From positions 1 through 39,311 of the IMG/VR virus record IMGVR_UViG_3300032237_001348: 39,311 bases of DNA; one strand, written 5' to 3'. Below, piece by piece: positions 26,601-34,241 of the stretch. This stretch comes from a virus. Its lineage: Duplodnaviria; Caudoviricetes. How positions within the stretch are numbered: position 1 is the stretch's first letter; each line of letters starts with the position of its first letter. The notes under the pieces are model-generated. The model had not been told where the DNA came from. It did not search any database and worked only from the letters and a program-made list of their open reading frames with translations. Made by a program: the position numbers and the translations under genes.

Positions 26601-29380
26601 GCCGCACTAGCTGCTGTTGTATTAGTGGATACAGTAAATATAGATCTTGATCTACCTTTATCCCCATTCCTAACGAACATTAGATAAAATATAAGTCCAT
26701 CTGTTTGTACGCTCCCTGTTATTGGCGTAACTGGTATCTTATAATAACCAGAAGCTGCAATAACGGATCCATTAACAGCAAATATATTTTGATGGCCTTC
26801 TATACTTGTAAAATAAAGATATCCTTTTACAGAGGATGTAGAATCATCAAATGTATCATACCAACTAGTCCTAGAACCAGCAGCGTCATTGTTGTCTATA
26901 TATATATAAGTTACAGCACTAAAGGGATCGTTATTATACCTAAAAAATCCTACCCCAGGATCGCCGTCAATGGTACTTGTGCTAAATGTATACCTTGGTG
27001 AATTTGCTACAGCCTTACCATTTTCCCAAACTGACGTTGAACTATCCCACCTCAAAACATCACCATTAGTTATGCTAGTTATGGTTACATCTGATAAATC
27101 ATCTAGCGCAACTGTTCCCATAGCGGTTGAATGGTCTAGCGCATCATGCCTGGCGGTATTTAAATATTGCGTGTGGTCATCATCGGCTAGGCCGGTTAGA
27201 GATCCATGATCCGATACTGGGGTTGACGTCACCCCACCTGCATTAGATATAGCTTGACGTAAATCGAGTACAGCAGTAAATCGTGCCTTAGGAGTATTTG
27301 AATAGGTTGTTGAAGTTTGATATATGACCTTATAAAGAAGCCTAAACTCAAAAACGGGGAATCCAGTTAAGTCTACGTTAGACCAGTCTTCGATTTCTGC
27401 ATCACCTTGGTTGGCATATTCGCTTTGTCCTAAAATAGCTAAAATTGGATATGTTAGATTATTAGTTGCGACAATCCAAGATATTCCAAACTTTCCATTT
27501 TGGGATATATCTGGAGTTGACCAAGTGCCCGCAGTATTTAAGTTGTACTGAACCCTACTAGTCCCCTGCTTGAGGGGATAAGTAGTTGGATTATCCCGCT
27601 TCCAAACAGTACCAGACCTATAAAAAATAGGTATTAAAGCAGGCCCTTGTATATCTTGCTGCCAAGTATTAGCCGTAGGGGTATTTGAGTGAACTACATC
27701 AACTTGTAAATCTTCATCAAAAAATGTACCATCTGCTATATCAAGCTGTGCATGTGTATTACTTGACCCATTTCCAGATATAGTATAATTACCAGCTCCA
27801 AAACCATTAGCTATAGCTGCGCCACGAGTCCTGTGCAGGTATTCATGTGTGGCCCAATCAAGCGTAACGCCGTGCCTCTCATCCGCAAAGAAGTATGCTT
27901 TACTATCAGTTGCATTCCAGTATATATAAGCGGTTGGGGTTTGGCTATCCCATTCAAAATAAGTAGTTTGATAGATAAGGTTTCCAGATGCATCATAACA
28001 AATATAATACAGACCAGAAGTATTTGGTATAGTAACTGTCTCTGCTGCCGACTTTTCGTATCTAGTTCCCTGACACCATACGTAATGGGATCCAGATACT
28101 GGTGAAATAGAAAATTTTCTAGCGTTAGCGCCAGTTTCAGTAAATGATATGGTGCTTTGCGTTTTATCTTCGTGACCTATCGGCTCTTTAGTTGCGGAGA
28201 TAACACTATCTATTTTTGGTGGCAAATTGATCCAAGCACCGTCCGCAAGATGTGTCAATACATCGCCATCCGCCAAGGCGCCAGCTGGCGCAATCCCAAT
28301 ATAGACATCGTCAAGCCCATCTAATGTAGTTGCCCCACCGCCACCAATCCCCGCTGGTAGCATCCAGTCTGGCTGAAAAAAGGAAACAATTTCAGACCAT
28401 TCTGATCTTTGATCATACACATCCACTACCCTATAGCAAAAGTAAAAATTACCATAATCATATAAACTTTGGGTTAGTGATGTCTTAACTATAACTTTTG
28501 TTCCAACATTATTTATATCTGGATTTGCCTCTGTTGTTGGCGTAGCTGCAGTATTTGTGGTTGCCGTTCTTGCTATAGTCTTAGATAGGTCTGGAGTTAC
28601 GATTAGTCTACGGGAAGAATATATACCCGTCCCATCCTGTAAGGCATCTATGAAAGACCAACTAACCTGAGGAACTTCTGTTGCAAAACAAAGTATTTCA
28701 AATTCCTTAAAATCTAAAGCATTCGTTGATGGATCAGGCATTTGAAGATAATTTGCCATCTTAAGTATAAATTCATTACCTATTTTTATTGCGCCAGTTG
28801 AATCTGTATAACTAGATGTTGTGACGTTTGGGTAACCTATAGGTGGCTTAACTGGTGGATTATTTTCAAAATCTAATTGTAGATAACTAGATTTATTTCC
28901 TGATATATTTACCGTGCGGACAGCGACACTTACCTTCGGCTGCGTAATCCCGCCAAATGCTGCTTTATTCTCTGCTAATGTGAAGACGTATGAAGTGTCC
29001 TGAGTAATCTTGGTGACCGATATACCTTCTGCCGTGAACATCACCTCGTAATGGGAAAAATCAGTCATTGGACTACCATCGTCGTTGGTAGTAGAAGCTG
29101 TCCATTCTACTGTTAAGTCGCTAGTTTCAAATCGTCCAGTTAAGTTAGTGAAATTAGCTGGTCTACTAGGTTTATTTATTGATGGAGGAGTTATAAACTC
29201 TACAGCATCTGACCATTCTGAATAAACATTAAAATTATTATATGATCTAACCCTAGCTAAATACCTAGTATTAGGAAGTAGATTCTGGATAGTTCGCTGA
29301 ATAGGATAGACTTCTCCAGTAGATGGAGTTGCACTTTCTTCAGGATAATCTGAAAGGTTAATGTAATCATTATTATTCAT
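26381..29380 (-). CDS. Long fibre protein with N-terminal FN3 domains
   Basis: NLLPNTRYLARVRSYN...SEWS (FN3), LDGLDDV/LDDLSDV..GDVL.W fibre repeats, HGSLTGLADDDHTQY, C-terminal TIDG...DNSNW domain. Confidence 0.75.
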   Translation of the reverse strand: MNNNDYINLSDYPEESATPSTGEVYPIQRTIQNLLPNTRYLARVRSYNNFNVYSEWSDAVEFITPPSINKPSRPANFTNLTGRFETSDLTVEWTASTTNDDGSPMTDFSHYEVMFTAEGISVTKITQDTSYVFTLAENKAAFGGITQPKVSVAVRTVNISGNKSSYLQLDFENNPPVKPPIGYPNVTTSSYTDSTGAIKIGNEFILKMANYLQMPDPSTNALDFKEFEILCFATEVPQVSWSFIDALQDGTGIYSSRRLIVTPDLSKTIARTATTNTAATPTTEANPDINNVGTKVIVKTSLTQSLYDYGNFYFCYRVVDVYDQRSEWSEIVSFFQPDWMLPAGIGGGGATTLDGLDDVYIGIAPAGALADGDVLTHLADGAWINLPPKIDSVISATKEPIGHEDKTQSTISFTETGANARKFSISPVSGSHYVWCQGTRYEKSAAETVTIPNTSGLYYICYDASGNLIYQTTYFEWDSQTPTAYIYWNATDSKAYFFADERHGVTLDWATHEYLHRTRGAAIANGFGAGNYTISGNGSSNTHAQLDIADGTFFDEDLQVDVVHSNTPTANTWQQDIQGPALIPIFYRSGTVWKRDNPTTYPLKQGTSRVQYNLNTAGTWSTPDISQNGKFGISWIVATNNLTYPILAILGQSEYANQGDAEIEDWSNVDLTGFPVFEFRLLYKVIYQTSTTYSNTPKARFTAVLDLRQAISNAGGVTSTPVSDHGSLTGLADDDHTQYLNTARHDALDHSTAMGTVALDDLSDVTITSITNGDVLRWDSSTSVWENGKAVANSPRYTFSTSTIDGDPGVGFFRYNNDPFSAVTYIYIDNNDAAGSRTSWYDTFDDSTSSVKGYLYFTSIEGHQNIFAVNGSVIAASGYYKIPVTPITGSVQTDGLIFYLMFVRNGDKGRSRSIFTVSTNTTAASAADTDYVYIVGGAYTITMPTAVANTNRYSIKNAHSASITVNTTSSQTIDGSSSIGIAAEDSVDLISDNSNWRIL

Positions 29381-30607
29381 TTATTCCCCAACCAAATTCC
29401 CTGACCAACCATAACCTTCATAATGCTCTTCTCTTATATCTTTTGCTATGCTGTGCTTTTTATATGATATAGATCTTAATTGAATTTTATTAGAAGAGGA
29501 CTTAGGATTTTTCTGGCCAGTTACCCTAATCCTAACCTCATGCATTCCGCTTCCAAGCTGTGAAGCTATTAATGTATATGGCGAGAAAGTAACCTTACAA
29601 TTAAGCCCCTCAGTGAATTGACTCACGGAACTATACATATGCGAACACTCTATTTCGAAGTAATCAACCTTACTTGAGACGCTGAGAATTCTAAAAATAG
29701 CATATTGCGACTCTAATACATTTGATTGCACTTTGATTTCGCAATTCATTGTATTTAATTCATTAAAATAATTTAATAAAGAATTTCCATCTTTATCTTT
29801 ATTGCTAATCCTAATAAATGATACAGACTTAAAATTTGTACTGTCAAACTTTATTATACCACTACTAGATATTAAATTATTTGTATTTTTTGTATAAGTA
29901 TAATTATTAATTTTATTTCCGGTTATCACACTATCTGCGTAAAGATCGAACTGAGTCCATTGGCCGGAGTCCACCTGTATCTCTGCTATGCCATAATTTG
30001 GTCCCTTATCTAGATTTACCTTTAATTGGGGACCATAAAACTGAAAATATGCTTTTGCGTCTTGCGTGCTCGATGCACCATCTACCCAATGCTCATTTGG
30101 CCTAGTATAGGATATTTTATTATCTGAATAACTTAACGTTATTGGCCAATCTAAAATTCTTTCGTCCTCAGAGGGAACAAAAGGAGATCCAAAGGCATAT
30201 GAATTAGTTTGGAATGGGTTTGCATAATATAAGTAATATTTATCAGTGCTTTCATTAGGACCTAATTCTTCTTGGAGAAGAAATCTAACTCTATAATAGT
30301 CGGATACACTATCTATTACCCTTGGTAACCTAATCCAAGTATCCGGTATTTCGCTTTGCAGGTATAATACATCTAGATCATTAAAACTATCCTGAATTTT
30401 TTTGTTGTAATAAACTTGCTTAGGAATAAACGCACTTATTGGATGGAATTGCCCTAGGCCATCATCTGGTGCAGTAATCAAAGTATTTCTTCTACATGCA
30501 AAATATTTATTCCACCAAACCTGAGATCGTAAAATAGATACATCGTTAGATACATCTAATGATGTCGTAACTTTCAAGTTTTGCGAACTTAGATATACGG
30601 TAGCCAT
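29381..30607 (-). CDS. Virion protein with a carbohydrate-binding-like jelly-roll interrupted by an inserted domain
   Basis: FQFYG...KGPNYGIAEIQVD...FDLY and LGSGMHEVRIRVTGQKNPKSS halves are separated by about 105 aa. Confidence 0.55.
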   Translation of the reverse strand: MATVYLSSQNLKVTTSLDVSNDVSILRSQVWWNKYFACRRNTLITAPDDGLGQFHPISAFIPKQVYYNKKIQDSFNDLDVLYLQSEIPDTWIRLPRVIDSVSDYYRVRFLLQEELGPNESTDKYYLYYANPFQTNSYAFGSPFVPSEDERILDWPITLSYSDNKISYTRPNEHWVDGASSTQDAKAYFQFYGPQLKVNLDKGPNYGIAEIQVDSGQWTQFDLYADSVITGNKINNYTYTKNTNNLISSSGIIKFDSTNFKSVSFIRISNKDKDGNSLLNYFNELNTMNCEIKVQSNVLESQYAIFRILSVSSKVDYFEIECSHMYSSVSQFTEGLNCKVTFSPYTLIASQLGSGMHEVRIRVTGQKNPKSSSNKIQLRSISYKKHSIAKDIREEHYEGYGWSGNLVGE

Positions 30608-31068
30608 TAAACTATATAGATCTTAATACTATTCTCTGGAACCACTAATGAATCCCCGGTATTCAATATGTATGCTGTTACAGGTGTTGCATCCGTATTA
30701 ATTATGGCATCAGAAAAAAGAAGATCCCCAGAATATTTATCTGTCCATATTCCGATATGGGAGATCTCAGATGCTGGTAGCCTTGGAAAAAAGATGCTAG
30801 CGTTATTAGAAATATATGTATTATATACTAACTCACCATTAGTTGGGGTAGCCGAAGGAAGTTCCGTTATTGGTGGGTCAAAGGAAATAGGTTGACGTTC
30901 GTACGCCCCACCCTCAAGTTCTCCTGCGCTACTTTCTACGTCAGATGGAGAAGATCTATGTAAAGCAATGTATAACGTAGATGGTCTTGCCTGGGCTGTA
31001 TATTCTGAATCTCCACGAAAAAAATGATTAGCTACTGCTTTTGCATACGTATTAGATAAACCACTCAT
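30607..31068 (-). CDS. Small tail/fibre-base structural protein
   Basis: LSNTY...TLYIALH..SP...ELEGGAYERQPISF...SN...IFFP...ISHIGIW...GDLLF, a widespread phage structural family. Confidence 0.65.
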   Translation of the reverse strand: MSGLSNTYAKAVANHFFRGDSEYTAQARPSTLYIALHRSSPSDVESSAGELEGGAYERQPISFDPPITELPSATPTNGELVYNTYISNNASIFFPRLPASEISHIGIWTDKYSGDLLFSDAIINTDATPVTAYILNTGDSLVVPENSIKIYIV

Positions 31069-31103
31069 TATTAAAACCTATCTTCACACAAAACGAATAT
31101 AAA

Positions 31104-31113
31104 CATATAGTAA
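31104..31113 (-). promoter_or_regulatory. Putative late promoter motif TTACTATATG
   Basis: Intergenic, about 36 nt upstream of the ATG at 31068. Confidence 0.5.
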
Positions 31114-32622
31114 CTAGTAAACGGGCGTAGCACTATCGCGTTGGACTATCTGTATCTCATACATCTGGTTTTGGTCTTTACTCTCCCAAAATAAATTTGC
31201 GCCCAAAAATGTAGTACTACCAAAAGTGCCGCCATCTTCAAACTGATTTAGCACTCTGAGATTTAACGGTTTTTCAATATGCTCATCTATATCTACTGTG
31301 TTAGATATAAGACTACCATCCACAATAGAGCTACCACTTATTTTTTGGGACCCATCTTTACCCGAGTGGGCATGGTGAGACAAATCTACTCCGTCAATTT
31401 TGATACCATCATCAAATAATATATTTCCAGTTACGGTATCACCAGCCTTTAGTAAGTACTGGGGATGGGCATCAAAAGCATCTCTGCCTACAAGGGTACC
31501 GTGGGTTGATGCAAACTCATCAAATTGACCAGTACCGGAAAGTGCTTCTGCAAGGGCTTTATCTGTAATTACATCTGGTTGCCCATTGACGAATGGGCTA
31601 TAGGTTACATTTGATTTCGACGAAAGGTGCTTAATGACTCCCTTAAGGCTCTCTCTTCGGCCTATGGTTTCTTCTATTTTATTCATCTTTACTGAGAATA
31701 TTTGATTTCTCTCTAGTAAATCAGTAAGTCCAGCTTGAGTGTTGATTCGTAAAGATTCTACAGCTTTCTTTATTTCGGTACCTAGAACTGTATTATCATT
31801 AGACTTTAGCTCAAGGTCCTTACCCACATTCACCCTAAATTTAATAGATGGCCCAAGAAATTTATTATAGAATAAATCAGATGATGTTGAAAAATGTTTT
31901 TCAAAACTAGAAAGATCTCTATCTAACTCTAAATTAACTGCATTTACTTTGGCCTTGAAAAGAGCTTGGTATTTTCCTGCGTCTTGCCCCTGGATAGCAG
32001 CCATTTCGGATTCTGGAATTTGGGATGTATTTTCCTTGTCTCTCTCCGAGAAGTAAGACCATAAGCGCCCCGAATGGACGAGCGCTGATGTCGCCCAGTC
32101 TTGTAGGAGTTCTTGTACTCTTTCCACGGCTGCATCATTTACATTACCAACATGAGCATTTAAGAATCCTTTAATGTTTGTTGCCTCTGTATTGAGGACA
32201 TTAGCCACCTTGCGTACGTCCAGTGAACCTGTTCCCTTTTCACTTCTTATGTTATTCAGATATTGGTCGCGAATATACTTAGAGGCCCTATCTAGCCTGC
32301 CATCTAATGCCTGATATTGCTTATATGTTACGTAATCTTTTACCTCAGGAATAGATTCTGGCCAAATTGTTTTTTGGGCTTCCATTAATTTATCTGTTTC
32401 AATTTTCAGATTGAAATTTCCTAGATCCTCATCAGCTGATAATATTAGTAATTCTGTTTGCTTAATTATCTCGTTTAATTGGCGATCTAATGCACTTCTA
32501 CTATAAGCTGACCCATCGAATGTTGGTATGTCGATGTTGGATTTAGGGTTGTTAGAACCTTTTTGCGCTTTGTAGTCTTTGTCTGGACCAGAAAAATCTA
32601 AGTCCTTGTAATCATTACTCAT
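31114..32622 (-). CDS. Helical virion protein with fibre-type C-terminus (paralogue of 32634-34241)
   Basis: DLDFSGPDKDYK...FYNKFLGPS...HPQYLLKAGDTVTGNI...HAHSGKDGSQKISGS...KPLNLRV. Confidence 0.6.
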   Translation of the reverse strand: MSNDYKDLDFSGPDKDYKAQKGSNNPKSNIDIPTFDGSAYSRSALDRQLNEIIKQTELLILSADEDLGNFNLKIETDKLMEAQKTIWPESIPEVKDYVTYKQYQALDGRLDRASKYIRDQYLNNIRSEKGTGSLDVRKVANVLNTEATNIKGFLNAHVGNVNDAAVERVQELLQDWATSALVHSGRLWSYFSERDKENTSQIPESEMAAIQGQDAGKYQALFKAKVNAVNLELDRDLSSFEKHFSTSSDLFYNKFLGPSIKFRVNVGKDLELKSNDNTVLGTEIKKAVESLRINTQAGLTDLLERNQIFSVKMNKIEETIGRRESLKGVIKHLSSKSNVTYSPFVNGQPDVITDKALAEALSGTGQFDEFASTHGTLVGRDAFDAHPQYLLKAGDTVTGNILFDDGIKIDGVDLSHHAHSGKDGSQKISGSSIVDGSLISNTVDIDEHIEKPLNLRVLNQFEDGGTFGSTTFLGANLFWESKDQNQMYEIQIVQRDSATPVY

Positions 32623-32633
32623 ATAAACCTAAC

Positions 32634-34241
32634 TTAATTAAAAAACAATTCATAATCTATTTCAGTAATCCACTCTATATAAAGTGGCGAATTAGCTTCA
32701 AATGGGGGAATATAACCTGGGATTACAGGTTCTGCGGGTATTTCTACTGGTGGGACGATAACTCCATTTTGCCCCGGATCTATAAACTCTACATCTGGTA
32801 TTAATTTTACATCTAATTCATAAATTGGATATTTTTTTTCTGTATGGAAAAATAAAATCGCAGACTGCAAACGATTGTCTCCGACATAATCTATAACCCT
32901 TACATTATGCGGGGCCTTTATTGATTCAGTCTTATCAACTATTTTACTAGTAATAGTATTATTAAGTATAGCTGATCCAGATATTTTTACGGATCCATCT
33001 GCTCCACTATGAGAATGGAGTGACGGAGAAACATTATCTATTTTAGATCCAGATAGAATATTAATATCTCCGGTAACTCTATCGCCATCCTTAAGCAAGT
33101 ATTGCGGATGGGCCGAAATATCAGATCTACCACTCAATCGATTATGCGTATTAGCTAAAGAATTTATACTAGCTTCTGCTGTTAGACCAACATCAGAAAT
33201 GTCCTGTGAATTTTGAACCGTTTTGCTATATGAGACACCAATCGGCTGCAACTGCCGGATATAACTGTTGTAGTTTTCCCTTAAAGAAATTCTATTTTCA
33301 ATCTCCATAAAAAGTTGATTAAAATCGTTAGCTCTCTCTAGGGTATCATATATACCTATAGTCATATTCCTGTCTGCTGCACTCGTTATATCGTTAATTG
33401 CACTAGCAAATGCTTCATCAGATCTTCCACTTGGTATGTTTTTTGAAACCCTTGTTCTCATAGAGAGGCTAGGTCCTAAGAATTTAGAATAAAATATATC
33501 AGAAGTATTTAAATATTTTCTTTTTAACTCATCAAATTTCATATCTATTTCTTGATTTAATGCATTATTTTTAACAGTAAATAGAGCTTGATACTGGGTA
33601 GCTTCATTCTTAGTTAGGGAGTCTAATTCTTCTTTTGGTATCTTCTTATTGCGCTCACCTAAATCTAAATTAAAAAATGAATTTAATCTAGTTAAATGCC
33701 TAGAGCAATCATTTGTCCACTCTAAAAATAGTTCGACTAGTCTGTGCTCTGCGCTATCTTTATTATCTGACATATGAACATCCAGTAATGAACTTATTTT
33801 TTCTGCCTCATTACTTACGACTTCTGCCATAAACTTAACATCTATTGCGGAACTACCATTTGGGTCTCGAAGTGCTTTTTTGAATTCATTATGTATATGT
33901 TTAGATGATCTATTAGTCGAATTTTCTAATTCTGAATAATATGAATAAGGTATTATGCTATGTTTGTCTTCTTCAAAATTTGACCAAGTTGCTTTTGCGG
34001 CAGACATCAACTTATCGGATGAGGTAAGGTCAAGAGAAAATTGTTTTAATTCATTATTCGAATTCTCTATAATTTCTGCTGATGTTTGGATTAACTTTGA
34101 TAGATTAGACTTCAATCTATTAACGTCTCCATAGCCGTACCCGGCTGTATGGTTTTGCTGGGTTTGAATTCGGCCAGATCCTGGTTGAGATTTATAATTT
34201 TTATCAGGACCCTTATAGGACAGATCTGACTGGTCACTCAT
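32634..34241 (-). CDS. Helical virion protein with fibre-type C-terminus (paralogue of 31114-32622)
   Basis: DLSYKGPDKNYK...FYSKFLGPS...HPQYLLKDGDRVTGDI...HSHSGADGSVKISGS...APHNVRV. TAATG-coupled to the terminase. Confidence 0.6.
   Translation of the reverse strand: MSDQSDLSYKGPDKNYKSQPGSGRIQTQQNHTAGYGYGDVNRLKSNLSKLIQTSAEIIENSNNELKQFSLDLTSSDKLMSAAKATWSNFEEDKHSIIPYSYYSELENSTNRSSKHIHNEFKKALRDPNGSSAIDVKFMAEVVSNEAEKISSLLDVHMSDNKDSAEHRLVELFLEWTNDCSRHLTRLNSFFNLDLGERNKKIPKEELDSLTKNEATQYQALFTVKNNALNQEIDMKFDELKRKYLNTSDIFYSKFLGPSLSMRTRVSKNIPSGRSDEAFASAINDITSAADRNMTIGIYDTLERANDFNQLFMEIENRISLRENYNSYIRQLQPIGVSYSKTVQNSQDISDVGLTAEASINSLANTHNRLSGRSDISAHPQYLLKDGDRVTGDINILSGSKIDNVSPSLHSHSGADGSVKISGSAILNNTITSKIVDKTESIKAPHNVRVIDYVGDNRLQSAILFFHTEKKYPIYELDVKLIPDVEFIDPGQNGVIVPPVEIPAEPVIPGYIPPFEANSPLYIEWITEIDYELFFN

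Noticed and set aside
2938-31131. ATP motif as a dispersed DNA repeat or operator
   Set aside because: Third codon positions vary freely among copies; conservation is at the peptide level.
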